A stretch of DNA of 64,000 bases from Thermoplasmata archaeon (lineage in GTDB: Archaea; Thermoplasmatota; Thermoplasmata; Thermoplasmatales; GCA-001856825). The DNA lies in contig JAKAXD010000001.1 of the NCBI GenBank assembly GCA_021816725.1, forward strand, positions 313,257 to 377,256. The letters are read 5' to 3'. The stretch's first letter is position 1. Each line of letters begins with the position of its first letter. Of this stretch, positions 37,354 to 47,803 are shown piece by piece. The notes beneath the pieces are model-generated. The model ran no database searches and was not told where the DNA came from. It was given only the letters and a program-made list of their open reading frames with translations. The translations under genes were made by a program, and so were the position numbers.

Positions 37354-39614
37354 TGGTATCCCTTCTTCCATTTGCTGAGTATCTTATCAATACCGACGTC
37401 CATAACCTTCCCTTCCCCTGACGTGACTGAAAACGAACTTCCATGAGTGTAGCCGATGAGGATAGCATCCTCTCCCAGTATCTCCAAGAACTTCTCTTCA
37501 CCCCCCTTCCTCACTTCGACAATCCAGCTCGATTGCGGTTCAGAAAAGAGAGCAAAATCAGTCCTCAGTCCAAGCGGGGATAGGTCGATAGACGCTCCAA
37601 TTGATGAACCTACAGTCATCTCCGAGATTGAAATTGCAATCCCGCCATCTGAAACGTCATGCATTGCACTGACGGTATTTTCATTAATCGCCTCAAGAAG
37701 ATTCCATCCCCTTTTCTTGAGCACCCTGGGATCCGAGTATGGGACCCTCCCACCATCCCTCTCCAAGCGCCTGAAGTAAAGTGATCCTCCTAGGTCAGTT
37801 GTGGGGATTCCGACAACATATATTGAGCTTCCAACTTTCTTGAAATCGGGCGTAATGGATTTTTCAATGTCTCGTACCTTACCTACCCCGAGAATTGTCG
37901 GGAATGTAGGGATTCGTTTCCTCCCAGTTTCATTGTAGAAAGAAACGTTCCCCGAAACAAAGGGGATATTCAATGAGAATGCAGAATCGTGAAGCCCCTG
38001 GAGCATTGAAATGAACTCCCCCATTATTTCAGGTTTTTCAGGGTTTCCTGCATTTAGGCAGTCCGAGAATCCAAGCGGCTCAGCACCAACCGAGATTAGG
38101 TTCCTCACAGTTTCGTCCACTGCCGCCATGCCACCACGATATGGATCCGTATGAGAATAGAATGGGTTAGACCCGTGCGTAATTGCGACACCGACTTTTT
38201 TGTTCCAGTCAGGTCTTATCACTGATGCATCTGTTGGGCCTTCTCTCCCAACTATGCCGCTGAAAGGTCCAATTACTGTGCTTCCCCTGACAGTATGGTC
38301 GTACTGTCTTACGGCATATTCCCTTGTTCTGATGTTCTTATCTGAAAGCATGCTTAGCAGCAGCCTGCTAAAATCTGAGGGCTGCTTTGGCAAAAATTGC
38401 ACCACGTTTCTCTCTAACCTTGAATATGGCCTTTCATACAATATGGGGGATGTCATGAACTCGGTCCCGAGATCAAGTACCTTCTTCCCCCTGAAGAAAA
38501 TTTGCAATCTTTTCCCCTTTTGGCTTTCACCTATCAGTGCAGCAGTGATATCCCAGTCATCCATTATCCCAAGAATCTTATCCACATTTTCCCTCCTGAC
38601 CGCAAGGAGCATTCTCTCCTGGCTTTCAGAGATCCATATTTCCCACGGTTTCATGCTAGATTCCTTCAGGGGAACTCTATCAAGATGTATAATTCCCCCC
38701 ATTCCTCCCGATTCAAGCATCTCTCCAACTACACTGCTAAGCCCTCCTCCTCCCAGATCCTTTAGGCCGTATATCAGTCCCTTCTCGTTAGCCTCAAGAA
38801 CAGCGTGAATAAGCGGTTCCTTAATGATAGGGCTTCCTAGCTGCACTGTCGTTATATCTTCTTTCCCCTTTTTCATCTCTGCTGATGCCATATTGACGCC
38901 GTGTATTCCATCCCTACCTGTTTTACCTCCTGCTAGAATGAGCTGAATTCCTGGTTCTGAAATTGCTGAGGACCTGATTCTATCCTTCCTGACAACACCA
39001 ACGCAACCCACATTGACAAGGACGTTTGGTGAAAAGAAGTCAGAATAAACGATGCCTCCTGCCACAGTTGGGATTCCAACGCGATTCCCATAATCCCTTA
39101 TCCCTGAAATTACCCCAGTTTCGATGAATCTTGGTGATGGAAAACCTTCCATCTTCTTTGTTCCGAAATATAGGGCATCGGTCACTGCTATAGGTTGAGC
39201 TCCCATGCTTAATATATCCCGTAGAATCCCGCCCACTCCAGTCGCAGCCCCCCCATAGGGCTCTATCGCGGACGGATGGTTATGGCTTTCAATTTTGAAT
39301 GAGATCGCAGTTTCGTCATCTAAAGCAACCAGGCCTGCATCTCCCTCCGCAACGATCTTCTCTTTCCCGATCCCAAATATGTATTTCTTTAGATGAATTT
39401 TTGAACTCTTATAACTGCAGTGTTCACTCCATGCCTGTGCAATGGCCTGGATTTCCACATCAGTTGGATTTCTTCCTTCATTTTCAAAGTATGACTTGAT
39501 CCTGGACATTTCATCTGTAGATAGCCCCAGGTTCATCTCCGTTGAAATGGCTCTTAGCTGAGCTGATGACATTTTAACTATCGGTATTTCAATCGAGAAG
39601 TCAGGATCACTCAT
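37350..39614 (-). CDS. purL: FGAM synthase subunit PurL
   Basis: WSEHCSYKS, ESHNHPS, GRDGIHG, SESQERM, GNVSFYN. Confidence 0.97.
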   Translation of the reverse strand: MSDPDFSIEIPIVKMSSAQLRAISTEMNLGLSTDEMSRIKSYFENEGRNPTDVEIQAIAQAWSEHCSYKSSKIHLKKYIFGIGKEKIVAEGDAGLVALDDETAISFKIESHNHPSAIEPYGGAATGVGGILRDILSMGAQPIAVTDALYFGTKKMEGFPSPRFIETGVISGIRDYGNRVGIPTVAGGIVYSDFFSPNVLVNVGCVGVVRKDRIRSSAISEPGIQLILAGGKTGRDGIHGVNMASAEMKKGKEDITTVQLGSPIIKEPLIHAVLEANEKGLIYGLKDLGGGGLSSVVGEMLESGGMGGIIHLDRVPLKESSMKPWEIWISESQERMLLAVRRENVDKILGIMDDWDITAALIGESQKGKRLQIFFRGKKVLDLGTEFMTSPILYERPYSRLERNVVQFLPKQPSDFSRLLLSMLSDKNIRTREYAVRQYDHTVRGSTVIGPFSGIVGREGPTDASVIRPDWNKKVGVAITHGSNPFYSHTDPYRGGMAAVDETVRNLISVGAEPLGFSDCLNAGNPEKPEIMGEFISMLQGLHDSAFSLNIPFVSGNVSFYNETGRKRIPTFPTILGVGKVRDIEKSITPDFKKVGSSIYVVGIPTTDLGGSLYFRRLERDGGRVPYSDPRVLKKRGWNLLEAINENTVSAMHDVSDGGIAISISEMTVGSSIGASIDLSPLGLRTDFALFSEPQSSWIVEVRKGGEEKFLEILGEDAILIGYTHGSSFSVTSGEGKVMDVGIDKILSKWKKGYQ

Positions 39615-39834
39615 CAACCGCACACTCGTTGATTACAGGGTTAGCCAGCAACTTTTCGCAGAACTCCTTTGCAGTTTTCCTATTCCCCTTTGATAGGGTG
39701 ATGAAGTAGACCTTTCCAGTTCTCACATCAGTGACGTTCTCATAACCAAGAAGCCTCAGTGCCTTCAGAACAGAACTTCCTTCAGAATCCTCGACAGTTT
39801 TCTTGAAGGTTACGGTGATCCTAAGTTCCACCAT
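39607..39834 (-). CDS. purS: FGAM synthase subunit PurS
   Basis: DSEG, LGY, VRTGK, LLANPVI. Upstream of purL. Confidence 0.92.
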   Translation of the reverse strand: MVELRITVTFKKTVEDSEGSSVLKALRLLGYENVTDVRTGKVYFITLSKGNRKTAKEFCEKLLANPVINECAVDE

Positions 39835-39870
39835 ACATACAGATATTTTTTTGATAGATAAACTTGACAA

Positions 39871-41841
39871 TCAACTGTACTTAATCACGAGGTCCATGAA
39901 TATGTCAGAAACGTCCTCGCATTTGTCAGTTACTGTTTCCAGGTACTCATATATCTCCTTCAGTTTCAGCAATTTGATCGCATCATTCATGGCAAATATT
40001 TCCTTGTAGGATTCCTCAAGGACGTCATCTGCCTTGTTTTCAAGTTCATTAATCTTCACGGTCTCAGCCAATATGTCTGCCATGTCGTTATTGCTGAAAT
40101 TACCAAGCAGATTAAGTGCCTTGTTAACTTCAGTGACTGATTCCAGTATTATTCCGCTGAACACATCCATGTACCGTGTTTTCTCCACCTTGAACAGAGA
40201 TATCCTCTTGGCGACTGCATTGATGAAGTCAAGAATGTCATCATACTTGGTTGCGAGGTTTCCGACATCGACTGATTCAAGCGGTTTCTTCATGTGATTA
40301 ACCTTTGTGTAAATTTCATGGACAATGCCATCTGCTTCATGCTCTATCCTCCTTATGCGCTCTGCTCTTTCGTGGAGATTGTCATACTTGGAGGTCATCT
40401 CAGCCAACTCGATAGCACCCTCTTTTACCTTTTCTCCTATTTTCTGGAGATATTTGGAAAATTCAAGGAATACTATTGACGAATCTTCGAGCGATAACCC
40501 TTTCGCTTCTGTCCCAAGCAACCAAGTAAACAAAGCACCTAGAAGCATGAAAACAAAAACAAGGAGAAAGAGATTGTTCCATCCATAATAGAGTTCAAAT
40601 ATTGGGAACATCAACGTTCCAAAGACAGCTCCCAATCTGCTGAACCCGGAAGCCGTACCCTGGGCGGTAGCCCTTAGACGTGTTGGGAATATTTCAGTAG
40701 GCACAATCCAAGTCGTCAAGTTCGGGCCTACATTTTCGAAGAATTGATATGCCGCAAGGACAAGAACCATTATATAAATGCCGTGGCCAAAAGTTAGGGT
40801 AAAGGTAAGTGCAGCCGCAGCCATGCCTAAGAACCCAATTTCCTGAAGCTTCAACCTACCTAGTCTCTCAATAATGAAGAGTGCAACAATGAAGCCTGCA
40901 AGCACTACCACATCCAGTACCATAGTACCGATGATTGCGTGAACCTTGTCCTGAATTGTAGTCCCACCGAATCCGACCTTTTCCAGTATAAGTGGGATTG
41001 AGATACCAACGCCATAGACGCCTATGTCCATGAAGAACCAGGGGATCCACGTAAACATTGTCCTTTTTCTGTATGTGCTGCCGAATAGTTCAGAGACTCT
41101 TCCTTTACGTTCCGGTTCCACGCTGGAGAGGTCCTTGGTATAGTCTATCTGATATTTCTCCTTTATATGCTCTATCACCTCTTTGGCCTCGTCACCTCTG
41201 TTATTTGTAAGCAACCATCTAGGAGACTCCGGCATAGTTCTCCTAAGGATGAGGACGACAACGGCAGGTATAACACCAGATGCCAGCATTATCCTCCAGG
41301 TTGCAACTTGCATTCCAAATATATTAAGGAATTCGAATCTTCCAACGCTAAACCCAACAACTGCTGCAACCAAGGACCCAATGCCCCAAAACATGAACGT
41401 TCTTGTTACTAGCTTCCCCCTCATCTGTTTCGGAGAAAACTCAGCCACGTATGTGGAAGAGATGGGGTAGTCAGCTCCTATTCCTATCCCAAGAAAGAGC
41501 CTGAAAATGATCAATTCATTTATATTGGTTGCTAGAGAGGTAAGAAAACCAAAGAAAATGAAGAAGATCAGGTCGATTATGTAGAGCGTCCTCCGTCCAA
41601 CCCTGTCTGCATACCGGCCAAGGAAAAGCGCTCCGAAAAACATCCCTATAAGTGCTGAGGATTGCAGAAGGCCAAGTTGCACCGCACCCAGCGTTTTTGG
41701 TGCCAGCCAATTCTGGGATTCAACGTAAATAAGTGCTACAGAAATAATGAAAAGGTCGTAACCATCAAGGAAAACACCAGCCGAAGATAACGAAACGACC
41801 TTTCTCAGGAATCGATTTTGTTTCTTGGTGACCTCTTCCAT
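39871..41841 (-). CDS. Pho84/PHT1-like MFS transporter fused to a C-terminal DUF47/PhoU-like domain
   Basis: Residues 1-450: DGYDLF, GADYPISSTYVAE, WFFMDI, GPNLTT, EIFPTRLR. Residues ~455-656: IEHEAD, DDILD, LENKAD, KEIYEYLETVTDKCEDV. Confidence 0.85.
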   Translation of the reverse strand: MEEVTKKQNRFLRKVVSLSSAGVFLDGYDLFIISVALIYVESQNWLAPKTLGAVQLGLLQSSALIGMFFGALFLGRYADRVGRRTLYIIDLIFFIFFGFLTSLATNINELIIFRLFLGIGIGADYPISSTYVAEFSPKQMRGKLVTRTFMFWGIGSLVAAVVGFSVGRFEFLNIFGMQVATWRIMLASGVIPAVVVLILRRTMPESPRWLLTNNRGDEAKEVIEHIKEKYQIDYTKDLSSVEPERKGRVSELFGSTYRKRTMFTWIPWFFMDIGVYGVGISIPLILEKVGFGGTTIQDKVHAIIGTMVLDVVVLAGFIVALFIIERLGRLKLQEIGFLGMAAAALTFTLTFGHGIYIMVLVLAAYQFFENVGPNLTTWIVPTEIFPTRLRATAQGTASGFSRLGAVFGTLMFPIFELYYGWNNLFLLVFVFMLLGALFTWLLGTEAKGLSLEDSSIVFLEFSKYLQKIGEKVKEGAIELAEMTSKYDNLHERAERIRRIEHEADGIVHEIYTKVNHMKKPLESVDVGNLATKYDDILDFINAVAKRISLFKVEKTRYMDVFSGIILESVTEVNKALNLLGNFSNNDMADILAETVKINELENKADDVLEESYKEIFAMNDAIKLLKLKEIYEYLETVTDKCEDVSDIFMDLVIKYS

Positions 41842-42008
41842 TTATTAACGAATTACCACATATCATAATTAAATTATCCATTGTTTGAAGTGTTATAGAA
41901 GGTTGAAATTGTTTGACTTAAGGAAATAGACATGAACTATGTCATCCGTCAGGCCCAATAACGTTTCCAATTTTTCAAGAAGAAAGTGACATTTCACGTC
42001 CCTTCCAA

Positions 42009-43820
42009 TTAAGATGTCAACTTTGAGCTGAATTCTTGATGCGCCTTGAATATGGCGTTCCATGTAACCAAACCAATCACCTTATTATCTTCCTTAGTTA
42101 CAATGGGAATATGAGAAATATTGTTTACAGAAAGTTTTTTCATGACGTCCAGAAGAGTTTCGTCTTCATGAGCATATACCACATTCCTCGTCATTATGTG
42201 TGAGACAGACTCCATGTCCTGGTGAATCAATTTCACCTGGACCAGATCGGATTTTGTCACAATTCCCACAAGCTTTGAATTCTCAGTAACAGGTATACCC
42301 GTTACTCCTCTATCTTCCATAAGTCGCAGTGCATTCGAAACAGGTGTTGCAGGATCTATTGTTGGAATGTCGGTCGCCATTGCGTCCCTTGCTTTAAGGT
42401 ATGACAGAACAGGTATGTTATACTCCCCTCTGTGTGCCTGGGATTCCGACCTGTTTCTAACCTGACTTCTGTAGATTGAGTATTTATATCCCACCATATA
42501 GTAAGATATTACAACTGCAACCATCGAGGGTATCATTACCTCCAGGCTACCGGTCATCTCGCTCACCATAAGAACTACTGCAATTGGAGTCCTTCCAACA
42601 CCTGCGAACAACGCCATCATACCAACCAGCACGAATGGTGCAGGCGAAAGAACTAAGGTGGGGTTGATCATATGAACTCCAGTCCACGTCGCTGCCCCTA
42701 CAAATCCGCCAATTACCAGAGATGGAGCAAATACACCAGCACTACCGCCGGAAGAAATTGTAAATGATGTGGCTACTATCTTTGCGAAAGCGACTATAAT
42801 TAGGGCTGCCAGTATCGGGACAACAAAGTAGACCGGTTCAGCCGATTTTAAATTACCATCCATCAGGTATTGGAGATATCCGTAGCTCATTCCGACAGTC
42901 TGTGGAAAGAACATTGCAATAATTCCAGCGACAGCACCGCCAATCATGGGCTTCAGGAACTTCTTCACCTTCAATTTAGCGAAGAGTCCCTTTACCCAGT
43001 AGAAGAACGAAGAGTAGAATTTTCCAACCAGTCCGCATATAATTCCAAGAACTGCGTAAAGTATGAGGTTCAAGGGATGATCGAAAGTATATGGGGAGGA
43101 AAGGCTGAACATGGGTGAAAAGTTGGTTAGGGAGGCAAATATAACGTAGCCAACTGGTGACGCAATGAACGCTGGAGTAAGTGCCTCAACTTCCATATCC
43201 CCCCCACTGTATAGTATCTCGGCACTCAGTATGGCACCAGCGAATGGAGAACGGAAAATTGCTCCAATCCCAGCCCCAATTCCAGCTGCAACCGCTATCC
43301 TCCTGTCCCTGTTTGACATTCCGAATGCAGTTGCAACGTAAGAACCGAATCCAGCAGATATCTGAGCCGTTGGTCCCTCCCTGCCTCCGCTGCCACCAGA
43401 TCCGATTGTGATGGCAGAGGCTATCATCTTCACTATTGGAACCCTCTTCCTTATGACGCCATTCCTATTGTGGAATGCGTCTATCGCTGCATCAGTGCCA
43501 TGACCTTCAGCCTCTGGAGCGAAGTAAAAAATGATAAGACCAACAATAAGCCCGCCCAATGCAAGGGAAACTGGTATTAGGAAGTAATGCGGGGAAATCG
43601 AGGGAGGGGCAGCGAGCTCTCCCGCCGGGTTGGGAGGGTAAAAGCCCGTTATCCTTCCAAGGAAATTATTGGTGGAGAATTGGATTAGATAATAAAAGAT
43701 GGTGGCACCAATGCCTGCAACAATCCCGATTAGTAGGCCGACGATAACCCATTTACCGAGGTAGCTTGAATTTATAAAGTTCTTGAAATCCAGCCGTTTG
43801 TGCCATCCTCCTTCAGTCAT
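42009..43820 (-). CDS. CLC chloride channel/antiporter with C-terminal CBS pair
   Basis: GHGTD, GSGGREGP, GVFAP, SIY and two CBS repeats. Confidence 0.92.
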   Translation of the reverse strand: MTEGGWHKRLDFKNFINSSYLGKWVIVGLLIGIVAGIGATIFYYLIQFSTNNFLGRITGFYPPNPAGELAAPPSISPHYFLIPVSLALGGLIVGLIIFYFAPEAEGHGTDAAIDAFHNRNGVIRKRVPIVKMIASAITIGSGGSGGREGPTAQISAGFGSYVATAFGMSNRDRRIAVAAGIGAGIGAIFRSPFAGAILSAEILYSGGDMEVEALTPAFIASPVGYVIFASLTNFSPMFSLSSPYTFDHPLNLILYAVLGIICGLVGKFYSSFFYWVKGLFAKLKVKKFLKPMIGGAVAGIIAMFFPQTVGMSYGYLQYLMDGNLKSAEPVYFVVPILAALIIVAFAKIVATSFTISSGGSAGVFAPSLVIGGFVGAATWTGVHMINPTLVLSPAPFVLVGMMALFAGVGRTPIAVVLMVSEMTGSLEVMIPSMVAVVISYYMVGYKYSIYRSQVRNRSESQAHRGEYNIPVLSYLKARDAMATDIPTIDPATPVSNALRLMEDRGVTGIPVTENSKLVGIVTKSDLVQVKLIHQDMESVSHIMTRNVVYAHEDETLLDVMKKLSVNNISHIPIVTKEDNKVIGLVTWNAIFKAHQEFSSKLTS

Positions 43821-44079
43821 TTAGACACATTTTTGGATAATGTAATCTTACTTATTATTTTCCAGAGGCTTTTACCATTATTTTAGAATTAACTCCACTT
43901 GTAGGACAAACATCCTTGGAAGTACTCCCTAAGTTGTTATTCTGAAAAATACCGTATTCCTCCGATCGCTCAGTAAGATGTTGTTCTTTCAGCCCAATAA
44001 GACATCAAAGGAACGCTAAAACAAATAAATAAAAAAATAATAAAAAATCTGGGATACCTTTCGTGAGGATACTTTACCC

Positions 44080-45750
44080 TCATTCCTCCTGTGTTACATA
44101 CTGTGTTCCCAAGGTTGCGATCTCTTCAATGTCTTCAGTTCTGTAACCGCTATAGAGTGACCAGAAGTAGAACACAAGAGCTACTACAGCAACTACAATG
44201 AGATCGATCGGGAACTTTAGAATGCCGATTCCACCAAAAGTTTTCCCTCCGATGTAGGACAGTATTACTAGTGCTATGATGTAAACAGGTACCCATGCCC
44301 CGGCTTTCAGGTCCTTTGCAGAGAACGAACCAGGAGCCTTAAATCCATAGACCATTACTGCCCACACAATAAGGCCTATGCCAATCGCTATAGCAAGGTA
44401 ACCCACTAGTGGCCATCCGCTCCAGTATACTATCTCTGATGCGCCTATGAATGCAATCGGGGAAAGAATCGATGCAGCTCCTAGTCTGAATGGTCTCTTG
44501 AAGTCTGCAGCATGTTTTCTGAAAGTCATCAAGGCGCTTCCACCTACAATGTATGTGAATACTGTTGCACTAGTTATGAAGCCTACCATTTTGTACCAGC
44601 TGGGGAATGGGGCAAAGAAGACAAAGCCGATTATGAGGGAGATGAGCAGTGGAAGGAATGGTATCCTGTGTTTTTCGTTGATTTTGATCATTCTCTTAGG
44701 GAAGAATCCTAACGTTCCCAGTCCATACAGGGTTCTCTGTGAAGTACCAAGATAAACGTTAAGGGTTCCAGATGGAGAAACGTACGCATCTGCGAACAGA
44801 AGGTATGTTAGCCAGACCAGTCCTGCCGAAGAGGCAAGCGTAGCGAATGGGGCAGTTACCACCCCCCCTGATAGTAAGTTCCATGAGCCTGGGCTTATTC
44901 CAATTGAAGCCCAGTTGACCTGCCCTATGAAAACAACCTGCAATAGTGTGTAAAGAACAATTCCTATGAGAACGGAACCAACTGTTGCTATTGGAATTGA
45001 TCTCTGTGGCGTCTTGGCCTCCCCTCCATAGTCAAGTGCCTGCCTGAATCCCAAGAATGAGAAGACTATTCCTGAAAGGGATACAGCCGCGAATACGTTT
45101 GCCCATCCGTATGGGACTAATCCAGTATGAAGGACAAAGTTTCCAATGTTGAAATGAACGGCAAACAACAACAGCACTGTACCTAGCGGTATTATAAGTT
45201 TCCACCATGTCATTCCCGTATTCGTCTTTCCCATTATTTTAACGCCCAGATAGTTCAGGAAGAAGAAGAATATCATCAGCAGGGCTGCTAGTATTATTCC
45301 GACTCCCGACAGTACGGCAGATGGAGTAACCAGCCCGGGTATGTAAGTACCCGCATAGGTTATAACAGCTTCTGCTTCTATAGCAGGCACTGAAACGGCA
45401 GACAGGAAGTAAGCCCACCCAAACAAGTATCCTGCAAAAGAGCCGTGTGAGTACTGCCCGTATCTCACGATTGCACCTGATCTTGGTAGCATTCCGCCTA
45501 GCTCAGCGTAAACGACCGCTATCGATAGGACAATCAGTCCCCCAATTATCCACGCGAATATAGCTCCTGGACCTGCGAGTATTGCTGCACCGGAAGCCGC
45601 AAACAGCCAGCCTGACCCTATTATTCCACCTAGACTGAGGAACAATAAATCCCAGGTCGTGAGTGCACGCCTCAGTTTTTTGTCAGATTTCACCGCAGTC
45701 TCTTCAACTGCTGCCTTGGTGACATTTCCTGACGTTTTTTCTATTGTCAA
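44080..45750 (-). CDS. APC-family amino acid permease
   Basis: GGIIGSGWLF, YAELG, FSFLGF, RPFRL. GAGGTG SD before a TTG start. Confidence 0.92.
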   Translation of the reverse strand: MTIEKTSGNVTKAAVEETAVKSDKKLRRALTTWDLLFLSLGGIIGSGWLFAASGAAILAGPGAIFAWIIGGLIVLSIAVVYAELGGMLPRSGAIVRYGQYSHGSFAGYLFGWAYFLSAVSVPAIEAEAVITYAGTYIPGLVTPSAVLSGVGIILAALLMIFFFFLNYLGVKIMGKTNTGMTWWKLIIPLGTVLLLFAVHFNIGNFVLHTGLVPYGWANVFAAVSLSGIVFSFLGFRQALDYGGEAKTPQRSIPIATVGSVLIGIVLYTLLQVVFIGQVNWASIGISPGSWNLLSGGVVTAPFATLASSAGLVWLTYLLFADAYVSPSGTLNVYLGTSQRTLYGLGTLGFFPKRMIKINEKHRIPFLPLLISLIIGFVFFAPFPSWYKMVGFITSATVFTYIVGGSALMTFRKHAADFKRPFRLGAASILSPIAFIGASEIVYWSGWPLVGYLAIAIGIGLIVWAVMVYGFKAPGSFSAKDLKAGAWVPVYIIALVILSYIGGKTFGGIGILKFPIDLIVVAVVALVFYFWSLYSGYRTEDIEEIATLGTQYVTQEE

Positions 45751-46024
45751 AGGAACACCTCAACGTTGATTATGAAACTACTATTATTTAATCATTGCCA
45801 GAATCCTGAGGTTTAGTTTAAATACTAAAGGCTTGACAGCCTTCTATAGACCAGCTAAATTGCCCTTGCCACAGGCGTCTTTATTTGAAATACCAGTTTG
45901 CAAAATGAACACTTTGATTTAGCAAAAAGAAGTAACAACCCCGCTTCTAAATTCACGAAAATTAAAGCAGTCTAGTCTGCTGAAGTATTCCTGATGGACA
46001 TTTGAAAATACTAGAGTGTAATTC

Positions 46025-46843
46025 ATGGGTATAGTGATATTTGCATTCGTTGGTAAAGGGGGCGTTGGGAAGACGACTATTGCATCAGCGGCTGCTTTGG
46101 GTCTTTCTGCAAGTGGAAGAACAGCATTGGTGTCCAGTGACTTCATGCCTTCGCTTAGATACCTGTTTCCAACAAATCCGAAAAACCTTGAAGTTATTGA
46201 GTTAGGCCAGGAAGAAGTGTCAGAAAGATGGAAGAAGACATACGGCGACGAGGTTGTTACCGTCCTTAAAAATCTTTTTGAGGTTGAGGACTGGGTTCTT
46301 GACCATATCGCAGAAAGTCCAGGTGTCGCAGAAGAATTTATGATCTCTAATATAATGGAACTTGACGTTTCTAAAGGATATGATTATGTAGTGTGGGATA
46401 CAGCTGCGTCGTCATCAACTATGCACCTTATTTTCCTTCAGAAGGAATTTTATGACCATCTGAGCAGGGATGTAAAAATCTACTTGAAACTAAGGGATAC
46501 GGTCAGGTCTGACAAAATCCTTTCCCTTCTAGAAGGCTGGAGAACACTTGCCACGAATGTCTGGAAACAGCTACTTTCTACTAGGTTCTTTCTCATAACA
46601 ACCGGCGATGAGCTAAGCATGGTTCAGGCAGACCAAATTCGTGACGATCTAAAGAAGATGGGGATTGAAGTGGTCTCCACAATATGCAACCGTGTTTCTA
46701 CAGGATGTAAGGGGAATATGAAAATCAATGTTCCGGAGACCAAGGGTTCTGCAAGAGATATAGTTTATTCGCTATCTAGATATCTCGAGGATAATGGAAT
46801 AATCGGGTATCTTCAAGATATTGCAAATGACCAAAAAGCTTAG
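46025..46843 (+). CDS. ArsA/GET3-family ATPase (single domain)
   Basis: GKGGVGKTT deviant Walker A, PGVAEE, VVWDTA. Confidence 0.82.
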   Translation: MGIVIFAFVGKGGVGKTTIASAAALGLSASGRTALVSSDFMPSLRYLFPTNPKNLEVIELGQEEVSERWKKTYGDEVVTVLKNLFEVEDWVLDHIAESPGVAEEFMISNIMELDVSKGYDYVVWDTAASSSTMHLIFLQKEFYDHLSRDVKIYLKLRDTVRSDKILSLLEGWRTLATNVWKQLLSTRFFLITTGDELSMVQADQIRDDLKKMGIEVVSTICNRVSTGCKGNMKINVPETKGSARDIVYSLSRYLEDNGIIGYLQDIANDQKA

Positions 46844-46875
46844 TAAGTAGCACTATTCCTAAATGATAACTCAAT

Positions 46876-47310
46876 ATGATAGACATCAGTGAAAAGGAAG
46901 TTGTCAAAAGGGAGGCAGTAGCAGAGGGATTTATATCCCTGAAGAAGGCAACCATCAACGCAATCCTAAACGGCAAGGTGAAAAAGGGGAATGTTGTAGA
47001 GGCTTCAAAAATTGCCGGTGTTCTCGGAGCAAAGATGACGCCTCAAATAATCCCTCATTGCCATCCTATTCCACTGGAATCAGTAGATACCCAGGTAGAA
47101 ATTAATGAGGATAGGGTGACTGTAATCTGCACTGTCAAGGCAAGGTACAAGACGGGGGTTGAAATGGAGGCTTTGACTTGTGTCAACTCTATGCTTCTGA
47201 CTATATGGGATATGGTAAAATACCTGGAAAAAGATAAAATGGGACAATACCCAAACACTCAAATTTCAGGAATAAAAGTTCAAATGAAAAAGAAATCTAA
47301 GAACTGGTGA
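46876..47310 (+). CDS. moaC: Cyclic pyranopterin monophosphate synthase
   Basis: MIDISEK, IPHCHP, TGVEMEAL, IWDMVK. Confidence 0.95.
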   Translation: MIDISEKEVVKREAVAEGFISLKKATINAILNGKVKKGNVVEASKIAGVLGAKMTPQIIPHCHPIPLESVDTQVEINEDRVTVICTVKARYKTGVEMEALTCVNSMLLTIWDMVKYLEKDKMGQYPNTQISGIKVQMKKKSKNW

Positions 47311-47786
47311 GTATGGTACACAAAGAAGAGCAGGATAGGAAGTTCAACATCCTAATAGTCGTTGTATCAACATCCAGAACAGCGGAATCCGACACTTCTG
47401 GCGACGCTCTATTGAAAGTATTCCGTGGAAGAGGCCATTCAGTCAGGAAAGTGATTTGCAGCGATGATGAGGCACAGATTAGGGAAGCATTCGAATCTAA
47501 TCCTGGTAACGAAATTTTTATTTTCGTTGGTGGAACAGGCCCAAGCAGAAAGGACGTTACTGTCCAGAGCCTGAGGAAGATTGCAAACAAAGAGATGATC
47601 GGGTTCGGGGAAATGTTCAGGAAGGAATCAGGTCAAGTATTTGCTTATCTTTCTAACTCAACACTATTGATAAAGGATAGAATGCAGATTTACTGCATTC
47701 CAGGGTCTCCAGATGCAACCTCTACCTCATTTACATTGATCAATTCTATCATGGGACACGTATATCACGAGCTGAACAAGGAATAG
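47307..47786 (+). CDS. moaB: Molybdopterin adenylyltransferase (MoaB/MogA family)
   Basis: DTSG, GGTGPSRKDVT, GFGEMFR, PGSP. Confidence 0.9.
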   Translation: MSMVHKEEQDRKFNILIVVVSTSRTAESDTSGDALLKVFRGRGHSVRKVICSDDEAQIREAFESNPGNEIFIFVGGTGPSRKDVTVQSLRKIANKEMIGFGEMFRKESGQVFAYLSNSTLLIKDRMQIYCIPGSPDATSTSFTLINSIMGHVYHELNKE

Positions 47787-47803
47787 GCAAAATTATGGCT
47801 CAT

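Noticed and set aside
42009..44079. Fluoride-specific CLC with a fluoride riboswitch
   Set aside because: The motifs are GHGTD and GREGP, not the CLC-F type (GNNLI/GMGLI, GREGT), and I see no riboswitch consensus upstream.
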